Assembly: GCA_003135555.1 (NCBI GenBank)
Contig: PLCF01000056.1
Location: 173-52,399 of the forward strand
DNA: 52,227 nucleotides
Source: Vulcanimicrobiota bacterium
Lineage (GTDB): Bacteria > Vulcanimicrobiota > Vulcanimicrobiia > Vulcanimicrobiales > Vulcanimicrobiaceae
Reading direction: 5' to 3'
The notes under the pieces are model-generated. The model was not told the DNA's origin. It made no database searches and worked only from the letters and a program-made list of their open reading frames with translations. Each line of letters opens with the position of its first letter. Position 1 is the stretch's first letter. Of this stretch, positions 9,450-19,561 are shown piece after piece. A program made the position numbers and the translations under genes.

Positions 9450-10478
9450 CTAGCGCACGAAGAACAGGCCGGCGATTCCGACGACGTACAGCACGAGGAC
9501 CAGCAGCGAGTCGAGCCCGGCGCCCAGCAGCATGCGCTTCGAGCGCAGGATGACACCGATGCAGTAGACCGCGGTCAGCAGCGCGCCCAGCGCCGCGAGA
9601 TAGAGATCGGGACCCTGCGCATCGGGCAGCAGCGGCTTGTTGCTGAGCAGCGTGCCGAGCAGAAACAGCACCGGCAGGAACGCGTTGCCGGCGATGATGT
9701 CGCTCATCGCGAGCTCGTAGCGGCCCGCCTTGACCGCGTAGAGGCCGGTCGTGACCTCCGGCAACGCCGTTACCGCGGCGAGGATCGTCGCGCCGAAGAT
9801 CACGCCTTGCACGTGGAAGCGCGTCGCGATGACGTCGCTGCTCAGCGCGAGGATCACACCGGCGACGAGCGTCGCGAGCGCCGCGATCGCGAAGAGCACA
9901 AAGACCTGCGAGATCGGCCGCCGCTTCGGTGCCACCAGGGTCGACACTTCGGCAATCTCCTCACGCGCGCTCTGCCAGCCCTGGTCGTCTTCGTGGTGGC
10001 GGATCATGAACAGGCTGCCGATCCAGGCGACGAGGATCGCGAGCTCGGCCGGCGTGGTGCGCGCGTAGATGAGGCTCGGCGGCGAGAGCGCGCCGAGCAC
10101 GCAGAGCATGAGGATTCCGATCAGCACCAAGCCCTCCAGCGCGATCGTCAGCGATGAGACCAGCGAGGAGAGGGGGACGCGCGAGCGCAGTCCGGGACCG
10201 TCGAGCAGCACCAGGACCACGGTCTGGATCGCGATCCCGCCCAGGATGTTGCCGACCGCGAGCCCGAGGCTGTGCGTGTAGGCGGCGCCGGCGATGATCG
10301 CGACCTCGGGCAGATTCGTGGCGATCGCCAGGAAGACGGCGCCGCCGAGCCCCTCGCCCCAGCCGAAATGCGCGTCGATCGCATCGGTCGACGCGGCGAG
10401 GATCCCCCCTGCCCACCAGATCAGCGCACCGGCCACGACGAACATCGCCAGCACGACCGGAGTCCCGAGAGCATGCAC
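9450..10478 (-). CDS. Na+/Ca2+ (cation:H+) antiporter, CaCA family
   Basis: Two alpha repeats ATNLPE and VTALPE; GNILG and DIIAGN; about 10 TM helices. Confidence 0.9.
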   Translation of the reverse strand: MHALGTPVVLAMFVVAGALIWWAGGILAASTDAIDAHFGWGEGLGGAVFLAIATNLPEVAIIAGAAYTHSLGLAVGNILGGIAIQTVVLVLLDGPGLRSRVPLSSLVSSLTIALEGLVLIGILMLCVLGALSPPSLIYARTTPAELAILVAWIGSLFMIRHHEDDQGWQSAREEIAEVSTLVAPKRRPISQVFVLFAIAALATLVAGVILALSSDVIATRFHVQGVIFGATILAAVTALPEVTTGLYAVKAGRYELAMSDIIAGNAFLPVLFLLGTLLSNKPLLPDAQGPDLYLAALGALLTAVYCIGVILRSKRMLLGAGLDSLLVLVLYVVGIAGLFFVR

Positions 10479-10548
10479 GTCGGCAGTGTTCCCGCTGGGC
10501 TGAGGATTTCACGGCGGCGTTCCGGACCCCGAGCGCGAAGAGCCCGGC

Positions 10549-10857
10549 ATGATTCACGTTATCGCGGTGATCACCGCCAAGCCCGGACGGCGCGCCGAAG
10601 TGCTCGACGCATTTCGGGCCAACGTTCCGGCCGTGCGAGCCGAGCCGGGCTGCATCGAGTACGGGGCGGCCGTCGACCTCGAGGGGTTCGGCGCGTTCCA
10701 GGCGGCGCTGGGCCCCGACGGTATCATCGCGATCGAGAAGTGGGAGAGTGCCGAAGCGTTGCGCGCCCACGCCGCCGCCCCGCACATGGCGGCCTACGTC
10801 GCGAAGACGAAAGACGCGGTCGCGAGCCGGGCGATCCACGTCCTCGAACCGGCTTAG
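10549..10857 (+). CDS. Putative quinol monooxygenase (ABM/YgiN-like)
   Basis: MIHVIAVITAKPG..VRAEPGCIEY..IEKWES..L.AH..APHM. Confidence 0.88.
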   Translation: MIHVIAVITAKPGRRAEVLDAFRANVPAVRAEPGCIEYGAAVDLEGFGAFQAALGPDGIIAIEKWESAEALRAHAAAPHMAAYVAKTKDAVASRAIHVLEPA

Positions 10858-10871
10858 GGGCGCAGCACGCG

Positions 10872-11294
10872 ATGACGGTATCGAGCAAGGATCAGGTCGC
10901 GGTCGGCGGGATCGTCGCGGATCTCGAAGCGGCGTGGAATACGGCCGACGGCGCGGCGTTTGCCGAGTCGTTCACCGACGATGCCGAGTTCGTGAACATC
11001 TACGCGATGCACGCAACCGGGCGTGACGAGATCGCCAAAGCGCACCAGATGCTCTTCGACTCGGTGTACAGCGGAAGCCGCAATCACTTCCACCTCGTCA
11101 AGCTGCGCCGGCTATCGGACGACGTGATGGTCGCGCACATCTCCGCGGAGCTGCACGTGCCGCAAGGCCCGATGGTGGGCGATCTCAAAGCACTCGCGAC
11201 CGCCGTCTTGGTCCACGAGGGCTCGGACTGGAAGATCGTGGCGTTCCACAACACGCGCGAACAAGCGCCGCCCGCGCCTACCCCTGAGCCCTGA
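10872..11294 (+). CDS. SgcJ/EcaC family NTF2-like protein
   Basis: AAWN..D..FA..FT.DA.FVN..GR.EI..H..WKI.AFHNT. Confidence 0.85.
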   Translation: MTVSSKDQVAVGGIVADLEAAWNTADGAAFAESFTDDAEFVNIYAMHATGRDEIAKAHQMLFDSVYSGSRNHFHLVKLRRLSDDVMVAHISAELHVPQGPMVGDLKALATAVLVHEGSDWKIVAFHNTREQAPPAPTPEP

Positions 11295-11679
11295 ACGACG
11301 GCCACGCGTCGACGAGGTAGAACCCGAACGGGAGCCACCAGATGAAGTCGTTGGTGACGCTCAGCACCAGCGTCGCGGGCGGCCACGCGCCGCGCGCGAT
11401 GAGGACGACGATGCCGATCGGCCCCAGCACTTTCCCCGTGAGCCCGACCGCGGCGATGAGCCAACCGCGCTCGGGGATGCGTGCGACCTCGAGGTAGAGG
11501 ATGCCGTACAAGGCGATGACCATGCCCAAGCACACGAAGATCGCGGGCTGCGTGGGCAGCGGCATCGCAGCGAAGCGGAACAGCCACTGCGGATCGACCG
11601 CGGCGTACAGACCCCAGCAGATGTTGTACGCACCGGCGAGGAGAAACACGATCCGGTAGAGCCGACGCCTCTTCACCAT
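11278..11679 (-). CDS. Small 4-TM membrane protein
   Basis: AGAYNICWG..CLGMVIALYG..GLTGKVLGPIG..NDFIWW; hydrophobic. Confidence 0.75.
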   Translation of the reverse strand: MVKRRRLYRIVFLLAGAYNICWGLYAAVDPQWLFRFAAMPLPTQPAIFVCLGMVIALYGILYLEVARIPERGWLIAAVGLTGKVLGPIGIVVLIARGAWPPATLVLSVTNDFIWWLPFGFYLVDAWPSFRAQG

Positions 11680-12199
11680 GCAACTGTATCAGCGACTCCT
11701 CGGAGCATCCTTCGAGCGCCTCCCGCCGGCGCTGCGGCGCTTTCACGCGCAGCCCGGCGGCACGGCGACGTTCGCGCTCGCGGTAACGCGCGAACCGGGG
11801 TTCCTTCACGCCGCCGCGGCGGCGCTGATGGGGTTGCCCGGCGCGAGCGCGCGGGCGCAGGGGACGCTGGTCGTGCGCGCCGAGGGCGACCGCGAGGTGT
11901 GGGAGCGTTCCTTCCCCGATACGACGCTGACCACCGTGCAGTGGATCGACCGCGGGCGACTCGTCGAGGCGCGCGGTCCGATGCAGGTCCTGTTCGATGT
12001 GACGGCCGACGAAGGTGGGATGCGGTTCGAGCCGGTCGCCTGCCGCTGCCTGGGGGCGTGGATCCCGCGCCCGTTCGCGCCGCGGTTCTCCTCGACGGTG
12101 CGCGGCGCTGCGACGAGCTGGGACCTGTTGGTGACGATCGCCGTGCCGGGGCTCGGGCCGCTCGCATCCTATCGCGGCGCCGTGACGCCGCTGCCGTGA
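11678..12199 (+). CDS. DUF4166-like protein
   Basis: LYQRLLG.SF.RLPP.LRRFH..EVWERSF..LVE..GP..P.LG.L..YRG. Confidence 0.75.
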   Translation: MQLYQRLLGASFERLPPALRRFHAQPGGTATFALAVTREPGFLHAAAAALMGLPGASARAQGTLVVRAEGDREVWERSFPDTTLTTVQWIDRGRLVEARGPMQVLFDVTADEGGMRFEPVACRCLGAWIPRPFAPRFSSTVRGAATSWDLLVTIAVPGLGPLASYRGAVTPLP

Positions 12200-12714
12200 C
12201 CTACGCGCTGTACGCGCTCGCGGTGATGGGCGCAATGGGTGCGTACGATACGCTCGTCTACCACGAGCTGGTCGCGCGGCTCCCGCACCGGTCGACCGCG
12301 CGGCGCGAGCTGCAACTGCATGCGGCCCGCGACTTCGTCTACCTGACGCTCTTCGCCACGCTGGCCTGGCTCGAGCCGCATGGCGCGCTGGTGCTCGTCC
12401 TGGGCGCGTTGCTGCTGACCGAGATCGGGATCACGCTGTCGGACTTCATCGTCGAGGACAAGACGCGCGCGCTCGCGGCGGGGGAGCGGTCGATGCATGC
12501 GATCATGGGGATCACCTATGGCATCTTCCTGACGCTGCTAGTTCCGTCGCTGGCCGGCTGGTATCACGAGCCGCTCGGATTCGCCGCCTCCGAACACGGG
12601 TGGCTGTCGTGGCTCCTGAGCGCCTTCGCGGCCGGCATCGCACTCTCAGGGATCCGTGATATCCTCGCGGCTGCCCGGCTCGGACGCCGGCTGACCCGTT
12701 CCGCGGAGGGCTGA
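12196..12714 (+). CDS. Membrane protein, similar to the N-terminal TM module found on some TIGR01777-type proteins
   Basis: GTGA overlap; MGAYDTLVYHE..EL.LHA.R..EI.ITL.DF..ED..R.L..ER..H. Confidence 0.65.
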   Translation: MTYALYALAVMGAMGAYDTLVYHELVARLPHRSTARRELQLHAARDFVYLTLFATLAWLEPHGALVLVLGALLLTEIGITLSDFIVEDKTRALAAGERSMHAIMGITYGIFLTLLVPSLAGWYHEPLGFAASEHGWLSWLLSAFAAGIALSGIRDILAAARLGRRLTRSAEG

Positions 12715-12716
12715 AG

Positions 12717-13943
12717 ATGTCGAAGCGATTCGCCTTGCCCATAGTCGCCGCTGCGCTGCTGTGCTTTGCGGGGCCGGCTCGCAGTCAAGCCGTGCTGCCC
12801 GACGGTGCGGGGCGAGACCTTGTCGCGGCGACGTGCGCGCAGTGTCACGCGCTGAGCCGCGTGACGAGCTCCGGCTACGACCGGGCCGGCTGGCGCAACG
12901 ACGTCGCGATGATGGTCAACGTGGGCGCGAAGCTGACGCCCGGTCAAGTGGACACCGTCGTCGACTACTTGACCGCGCACTTCCCGCCCAAGGCGGCGCC
13001 GGCGGCGGTCGTGGTCCCCGGCAACGTCGAGGTGACGATTCGAGAGTGGCTGGTCCCGACGCCCGGCTCGCGCCCGCACGATCCGCTGGCCGCGCCCGAC
13101 GGTTCGATCTGGTACACCGGGCAGATGGCGAACGCGTTGGGGCGCCTCGATCCCAAGACGGGCACGTTCAAGGAGTATCATCCCCCGGTTGCGGGCTCGG
13201 GCCCGCATGGCTTGGTGATGGACCGCGACGGCAACGTCTGGTTCACCGCGAACTTCAAAGCCTACATCGGGAAGCTCGATCCGCGCACCGGCACGTTCAA
13301 GGAGTACGCCCTCGATCCGGCGGCGCGCGATCCGCACACGCCGATCTTCGATCGCAACGGCACGCTGTGGTTCACCGCGCAAAGCGCGAACATGGTCGGC
13401 CGGCTCGTCCCGGCCACCGGTGACGTTAAGCTCGTCACGGTGCCGACACCGCGCGCCAACCCGTACGGCATGGTGGTGGATTCGAAGAACGTGCCGTGGT
13501 TCGTCGAGTTCGGGAGCAACAAGATCGCCAGCATCGATCCGCAAACGATGGCGATCCGCGAGTATCCGCTGCCCAACGCCGGCGCACGTCCGCGCCGCAT
13601 CGCGATCGCTGCGGACGACGTGATGTGGTACTCCGACTACGCGCGCGGGTATCTCGGCCGCTTCGATCCCAAGACCGGCAACGTCACCGAATACGCCTCG
13701 CCGGGCGGCCCCAACTCGCGCCCATACGCCATCGCGATCCTCAAGAACGCCGTGTGGTACAGCGAATCCGGCGTCGAGCCCAACACCCTGGTCCGCTTCG
13801 ATCCGGCCACGCAGAAGTTCCAGAGTTGGACGATCCCATCGGGCGGCGGGGTCGTGCGCAACATGATGGTCACGACCGACGGCAACGGCTTGGTGCTGGC
13901 GTGCAGCGGGGTCAATCGGGTGGCGCTCGTCGCGGTGAAGTGA
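12717..13943 (+). CDS. Exported cytochrome c fused to a Vgb-like beta-propeller
   Basis: Signal peptide, heme motif CAQCH, repeated PH/PY..DG..W.T..GRLDP.TG...EY blades. Confidence 0.85.
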   Translation: MSKRFALPIVAAALLCFAGPARSQAVLPDGAGRDLVAATCAQCHALSRVTSSGYDRAGWRNDVAMMVNVGAKLTPGQVDTVVDYLTAHFPPKAAPAAVVVPGNVEVTIREWLVPTPGSRPHDPLAAPDGSIWYTGQMANALGRLDPKTGTFKEYHPPVAGSGPHGLVMDRDGNVWFTANFKAYIGKLDPRTGTFKEYALDPAARDPHTPIFDRNGTLWFTAQSANMVGRLVPATGDVKLVTVPTPRANPYGMVVDSKNVPWFVEFGSNKIASIDPQTMAIREYPLPNAGARPRRIAIAADDVMWYSDYARGYLGRFDPKTGNVTEYASPGGPNSRPYAIAILKNAVWYSESGVEPNTLVRFDPATQKFQSWTIPSGGGVVRNMMVTTDGNGLVLACSGVNRVALVAVK

Positions 13944-14060
13944 GCAAGCGCCAGGTGTGGTTGAGGTAACTCGTGCCGTGTTCCGCCACGTTACCGGGCG
14001 GCGGTACAGTCGGTCAAGCGGCCGGAGTGGGTGGTCCAGGCTTGCCCTTCCAGACGGCGG

Positions 14061-16151
14061 ATGACAACACGAATGCCCGATACGACCACGGCGAGCGCCC
14101 GAACGCTACACGGTGAGGAGCCCTTCGCGACTCACCTCGATTCCGTGATCATCTTCGACGCTCAGACCCAACGTTGCATCGCGGTGAACGCGGCGGCGAT
14201 TCGTAGCTACGGCTACTCGCGCGCCGAATTCGTCGGTCTGACCGCTGAGGCGCTGTGCGCCCCCGGGCGCGTCTCCGCAATCGCGAGCGACGGCGCCGAC
14301 GGCCGCGGGACGATCACGACTGCACATCGCCGTAAGGACAATTCCGAGGTCGACGTCGACGAGACGGTTCTCGATTTCGTGTGGAACGGCGCACCGGTTG
14401 CGGTGCTGTTCGCGACCGACGTTACGCAGCGTGTCCAAGCGGAACGCGAACAGCGCGAATCGCTCAGCGCGCACTCGCGCGTACACCGCCTCATGGATCT
14501 GGGGCATTTTCGCGTAGAACTCGCCACCGGCCACACGACCTGGTCGGACGAGCTCTTTGCGTTGACGCGCATGCCGGTTCCGGCCGACTCGTGCCCCGGA
14601 AACGGCGCTCAGTCAATCCGCCGCCATGCACACCCCGACGATCAAGAACGGATCTTGACGATGTTCAAAGACGTCGTCGACACCGGCCGTGGGCAGCGCA
14701 TCGAATATCGAGCCGTGCGCGGCGACGAGGCGATACGCTGGGTGGAGATGGTAACCATACGCGAGGACGATCTCGCGGGGCAGCCGGTACGCCTCGTCGG
14801 GACCATCGTCGACATCACGCAGCGCAAGATCGCGCACGAGCAACTCGAGTTCAACGCTCGGCACGACTCTCTGACCGGGCTGCCGAACCGCATGCAGCTC
14901 CACGAGGTTCTCCAGGCCATCTGCTCCGGCGGGACCGCGCACTCCCGCGCTGCCGTCCTGTCCCTCGACCTCGACCATTTCAAGCGGATCAACGATACCC
15001 TAGGGCATTCGGCGGGCGACTTGTTCCTCCAAAGCGTCGCGGACCGGCTGCGGGCGGCGACGCGCGAGGGAGATCTCGTTGTACGCACCGGCGGCGATGA
15101 GTTCGCGGTCGTACTCTTGGAAGCCGGCTCGAGTGACGCGGCGGCCGCGGCGCGCGCCATCATCCGCGCGCTGGGCGAACCGCTGCACGTCGCCGGCCGG
15201 AGCCTCGTCGTAAGCGCGAGCATCGGCGCCGCGTGCTATCCTGACGACGGTGCAGACGTCGAATCGCTCTATCGAAGCTCCGCCACAGCGATGTATCATG
15301 CCAAGCGCGGCGAGCGCGGCTCCTACCGGATGTTCGAAGCGTCGATGCACGAATCAGCGGTGCGCCGCTTCGGCATGGAATCCGGGCTGCGCTACGCCCT
15401 CCAGCGCGACGGCCTGCTCGTGCACTACCAACCCATCGTCTCGATCGACGGGCGCCTCATCGGCTCGGAAGCGCTGGTTCGCTGGCCGCATCGCGACCGG
15501 CTGATCAGCGCCGCGGAGTTCATCCCCATCGCCGAGGACACCGGCTTGGTCATCCCGCTCGACTCCTACGTCCTCACCGAGGCCTGCCGGCAGAACGCGG
15601 CCTGGCAGCAGGACGGGCGGCGACTGCGGGTGGCCGTCAACGTCTCGGCACACAGCATCGTCCGACCGGATTTCACCGCAAGCGTGCGCGCTGCGCTGCG
15701 TGACTCGGGCCTGGATCCGTCGCTGCTGGAGCTCGAGCTGACCGAGAGCGCCATGCAAGGCGACCTCGCCGACACGGCGCGCAAGGTCGCGGAGCTGCGC
15801 GCGCTGGGCATTGGGGTCGCCCTCGATGACTTCGGGACGGGCTACAATTCACTCTCGATCTTGCGCTCGTGTCGCTTCGACACCCTGAAGCTGGATCAAA
15901 CCTTCGTCAGCGACATCGAGACCCACGACGCCGACTCGATCATCGCCGAGGCCGTCATCTCGGCCGCCCATCGCTTGGGCGCGCACGTCGTCGCGGAGGG
16001 CGTCGAAACCGAACAGCAGCTCGCGGCGCTGGCGGACCTGAATTGCGATCACGCGCAAGGGTACCTGTTCGGTGCCGCGCTTTCGCCGGCCGACTTCGGC
16101 TCGCGTTTCGTGGTCCCCGGGCTCCGCGGCACGATCGGCAAGGTCGCGTGA
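14061..16151 (+). CDS. PAS-PAS-GGDEF-EAL diguanylate cyclase/phosphodiesterase (start uncertain, 14031-14073)
   Basis: HDSLTGLPNR, RTGGDEF, SEALVRW, DDFGTGY, EGVET. Confidence 0.93.
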   Translation: MTTRMPDTTTASARTLHGEEPFATHLDSVIIFDAQTQRCIAVNAAAIRSYGYSRAEFVGLTAEALCAPGRVSAIASDGADGRGTITTAHRRKDNSEVDVDETVLDFVWNGAPVAVLFATDVTQRVQAEREQRESLSAHSRVHRLMDLGHFRVELATGHTTWSDELFALTRMPVPADSCPGNGAQSIRRHAHPDDQERILTMFKDVVDTGRGQRIEYRAVRGDEAIRWVEMVTIREDDLAGQPVRLVGTIVDITQRKIAHEQLEFNARHDSLTGLPNRMQLHEVLQAICSGGTAHSRAAVLSLDLDHFKRINDTLGHSAGDLFLQSVADRLRAATREGDLVVRTGGDEFAVVLLEAGSSDAAAAARAIIRALGEPLHVAGRSLVVSASIGAACYPDDGADVESLYRSSATAMYHAKRGERGSYRMFEASMHESAVRRFGMESGLRYALQRDGLLVHYQPIVSIDGRLIGSEALVRWPHRDRLISAAEFIPIAEDTGLVIPLDSYVLTEACRQNAAWQQDGRRLRVAVNVSAHSIVRPDFTASVRAALRDSGLDPSLLELELTESAMQGDLADTARKVAELRALGIGVALDDFGTGYNSLSILRSCRFDTLKLDQTFVSDIETHDADSIIAEAVISAAHRLGAHVVAEGVETEQQLAALADLNCDHAQGYLFGAALSPADFGSRFVVPGLRGTIGKVA

Positions 16152-18145
16152 TGGACGCCGTCGCTTCGGCCGCCAACTCGGTCATCGTCTTCGACGCCGC
16201 CGAGCACCGCTGCATCTGGGTCAACGACGCCGCGCTGCATACCTACGGTTACAGTCGTGCGGAGTTTGTCGGGCTCGCCGCAGAGACGCTGCGCGGCGCC
16301 ACTGCGGCGGTGCACCGCCGCAAGGACGGCTCCGAATTCGACGCCGACGAGACCACGTTCGACACCGTCTGGGACGGCCTGCCCGCGACGATCCTGCTGA
16401 TCAAAGACGCCAGCGAGCGCGCTCGAACGGAGCTCAAGGCGCGCGAGTCGATGGAAGCGCTCGCACGCGTGCACCGGCTCGTCTCCTTCGGTCACTGGTG
16501 GACCGACCTGACGACGGGCGTGATCACCTGGTCGGACGAGATGTGGGGCGCCGCGCGCATGGTGAAACCGCCGAATTCGTCGTCGCCGGGCACCGGGTAC
16601 GAGATCGTCAAGCGTCACATGCACCCTGAGGACCGTGACCGCGTCATCGCGGATTTCAACGACACGATCAGCACGGGCCGCGTGCATCGCATCGAGTACC
16701 GGAGCTTCCGGGCAGACGGCACCGTGCACTGGCAAGAAGTGATCGTCGCGCGCGAGGACGACGCCGCAGGGAAGCCGGTCCGGATCGTCGGGACGTGCAT
16801 CGACATCTCGGAGCGCAAGGAAGCATCGGAGCGGCTCGCGCTCAGCGCCCGGTCCGATGCGCTCACCGGGCTGGCAAATCGGATGCTCCTCAACGAGCGG
16901 CTCGGCGCCGCCTGTTCGGCCGCGAAGCGGCGTAACTCCGAGCTGGCGATCCTCTTCATCGACCTCGACGATTTCAAGGGCGTCAACGATTCGCTCGGCC
17001 ATCTCGTCGGCGACTTGTTGCTCCAGAGCGTCGCCGCGCGGCTGCGCAGCTTGACCCGCGAAGAAGACGTGGTTGCGCGCACGGGCGGCGACGAGTTCGT
17101 GATCCTGCTCGAGGATCCGGCCTCGGTCGACGCGGCCGCGACCGCGCAACGGATCGTCGACGGCTTTCGCGAGCCGCTGCAGGTCGGCGATCGGACGCTG
17201 AACATGAGCTTGAGCATCGGCGTGGCATCGTTCCCGGCCGACGGGACCGACGTCGAGACGCTGCTGCGCAATGCCGACACCGCGATGTACCACGCCAAGC
17301 GCTCCGAGCGCGGGTCGTACCGCATGTTCGAGGAGTCGATGCACGAGTCGGTGGTGCATCAATTCCATCTGGAGTCCGAGCTGCGCGGAGCGCTCAGTAG
17401 CAACTCGCTTCTCGTCCACTATCAACCGCTGGTCACGATCGACGGACGCCTCATCGGCACCGAAGCGCTCGTGCGCTGGCCGCACCAGGGCACGCTGCTC
17501 CCGGCGGCGGACTTCATCCCGATCGCCGAGAAAACCGGCCTCATCGTCCCGCTGGACAACTTCGTGATGCGCGAAGCGTGCCGGCAGAATGCGAGCTGGC
17601 TGCGCGGAGGCCATCGCCTCACCGTTGCGGTCAACGTTTCCGCGCACTCGATCGCGAAGCCGGATTTCACCGCGACCGTGCGGGCCGCGATCGAGGATGC
17701 TGGCCTCGATCCGACGTTGCTGGAGCTCGAGTTCACCGAGAGCGCTCTGCAAGGCGACTTGGCCGATGTAGCACGCAAGGTCAACGAGGTACGCGCGCTC
17801 GGCGTCCGGGTAGCCCTCGACGATTTCGGGACCGGCTACAACTCGCTGGCAATTCTACGGTCGTGTGAGTTCGACACGGTGAAGCTGGACCGCACCTTCG
17901 TGAACGGCCTCGCGACGAACACCGCCGACAAGGTCATCGCATCGGCAGTGATCTTCGCCGCGAACGGCCTCGCCGCGCGCGTGGTCGCCGAAGGCGTGGA
18001 GACCGAAGAGCAGCGAGCGGCGCTGGCGGTACTTCAGTGCGACGCCGCGCAAGGCTACTATTTCGCCTCCGCAATGTCGCCCACAGCATTCGCCGACCTC
18101 CTAAACGCTGGAATGCCCTCCCCCTCACTCGGCAAAGTCGCCTAA
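16151..18145 (+). CDS. PAS-PAS-GGDEF-EAL diguanylate cyclase/phosphodiesterase, tandem paralog
   Basis: TGATG coupling; DALTGLANR, RTGGDEF, TEALVRW, DDFGTGY, EGVET; collinear with the upstream gene. Confidence 0.93.
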   Translation: MDAVASAANSVIVFDAAEHRCIWVNDAALHTYGYSRAEFVGLAAETLRGATAAVHRRKDGSEFDADETTFDTVWDGLPATILLIKDASERARTELKARESMEALARVHRLVSFGHWWTDLTTGVITWSDEMWGAARMVKPPNSSSPGTGYEIVKRHMHPEDRDRVIADFNDTISTGRVHRIEYRSFRADGTVHWQEVIVAREDDAAGKPVRIVGTCIDISERKEASERLALSARSDALTGLANRMLLNERLGAACSAAKRRNSELAILFIDLDDFKGVNDSLGHLVGDLLLQSVAARLRSLTREEDVVARTGGDEFVILLEDPASVDAAATAQRIVDGFREPLQVGDRTLNMSLSIGVASFPADGTDVETLLRNADTAMYHAKRSERGSYRMFEESMHESVVHQFHLESELRGALSSNSLLVHYQPLVTIDGRLIGTEALVRWPHQGTLLPAADFIPIAEKTGLIVPLDNFVMREACRQNASWLRGGHRLTVAVNVSAHSIAKPDFTATVRAAIEDAGLDPTLLELEFTESALQGDLADVARKVNEVRALGVRVALDDFGTGYNSLAILRSCEFDTVKLDRTFVNGLATNTADKVIASAVIFAANGLAARVVAEGVETEEQRAALAVLQCDAAQGYYFASAMSPTAFADLLNAGMPSPSLGKVA

Positions 18146-18192
18146 CGCCTCAGCCGAGGGGGATTTCGGAGCCGGTACCGTACCGGCGCTCC

Positions 18193-18852
18193 ATGATCCG
18201 CTTACGAATCGCCGTTCTCTCGGCGTCTCTTGCCGCGGCATCGATCGCCGCCTTCTCGTCGAGCAACGTCCTTGCAGCTCCGAGCCTCTACGCTGTGAAC
18301 CTTGTCGTCAACGGCGACGCAGAGAGCGACACCGGCGCGCCTAACAGCACCACCATCGTCCCACCGAAAGGCTGGGTGACGACGGGCCAGGTCACCGCCG
18401 TGAAATACGGGGCCTCGGGTGGATACCCGGATGCGACGTCGCCGGGACCAAAGGAGCGGGGCCGCAACTTTTTCTCCGGCGGAAACGTCGAAAAGTCGAC
18501 GGCGACACAGAGCATCGCCCTCGCGGCAGCCGCGGCCGACGTTGACGCGGGCACGGTCACGTACGCATTCTCCGCGTGGCTCGGCGGTTATTCTACGCAA
18601 GACGACAACACCGTCGCAACAGTCACGTTCGCCGACGCGAACGGTACGTCGCTAGGCGCGGCGAAGCTCGGTCCGGTGATTCCGGCAGACCGCAAGGCGA
18701 TCACGGGCCTGTTGTCGCGGCAGCAATCGGGTGCTGTCCCAAAGGGCGCTCGCTCCGCAGTTGTCACGCTGGTGATGACGCGGTTGGAAGGAACGGCCAA
18801 CGACGGTTACGCCGACAACGTGTCGCTGGTGCTCGCGAAGGCCACAAAATAA
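18193..18852 (+). CDS. Secreted protein with a carbohydrate-binding-like jelly-roll domain
   Basis: Signal peptide; NLVVNGDAE..W..SAWLGGY..VP.GARS..V.L..NDGYADNVSL. Confidence 0.7.
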   Translation: MIRLRIAVLSASLAAASIAAFSSSNVLAAPSLYAVNLVVNGDAESDTGAPNSTTIVPPKGWVTTGQVTAVKYGASGGYPDATSPGPKERGRNFFSGGNVEKSTATQSIALAAAAADVDAGTVTYAFSAWLGGYSTQDDNTVATVTFADANGTSLGAAKLGPVIPADRKAITGLLSRQQSGAVPKGARSAVVTLVMTRLEGTANDGYADNVSLVLAKATK

Positions 18853-18858
18853 CCTAAG

Positions 18859-19488
18859 CCCGGATTCACCGGATGAGCGTCGAAGCAGCCTGAGCAGCTT
18901 GGCCCGATTTGCCGTATAATTAGCGTATGAGCGACGATCTCGACGGGCCAAAAGCGGTGAACCCGGCGGGTGAAGCGCCAGAAGGCATCCTTCGACTGGA
19001 TTTCGACCGCCGCGTCATGGCCCAGTTTCGGGGATCGCTCGTCACGTCAGATGCAGGTCTACTTGCATATCGGGAGCTCGACGATGCCCTCGGCTTGAGT
19101 GATCTTGCAGGCGAACGGCTTGCCGACGGACGCACCGGGAAGAATGGCCGTCATGCGTTGGTCGGCCTGCTGCGACAATCGGTCTTCGGCCGCTTAGCCG
19201 GGTACGAGGACGTGAACGATGCTGATCGCCTACGGCACGATCCGGCAATGCGCTGGATAGTCGGCGGCAAGGCGGCCAAAGGACGTGCGGCTTCACCGAG
19301 TCAGATGGGCCACCCCACGACGGGCGATTTGCGCCCAAATGAGCAGGTTGTCGGCTCTTTCGCTCTCGGGCCGCCGGAACGGTGCTCAAGAGACCGTCAG
19401 CGACGCCGGCGGAAACCGCGCACCGTGCGGATTTGGCCGGAGGAAGGTAACCGGGCGGCGAATTGGCCAGCCATATGGGGAATCCCGG
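18859..19488 (+). mobile_element. Internally deleted IS1380-family element (630 bp)
   Basis: Terminal IRs CCCGGATTCACCGGAT and (reverse complement) CCGGGATTCCCCATAT, 12/16 match; encodes only the transposase N-terminus. Confidence 0.8.
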
Positions 19489-19493
19489 CTTAA
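18927..19493 (+). pseudogene. Truncated IS1380-family transposase
   Basis: LRLDFDRR..QFRGS.VTSDAGLLAYRELDD..LLRQSVFGRLAGYEDVNDADRLRHDP..ASPSQMG, then homology is lost; most of the DDE core is absent. Confidence 0.88.
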
Positions 19494-19561
19494 GCAAATC
19501 GCGGGCTAAGCTAGGTTCTTTGGTAGACTCAAGTCCGGACAGTTTGGAAGTAATGTAACAC

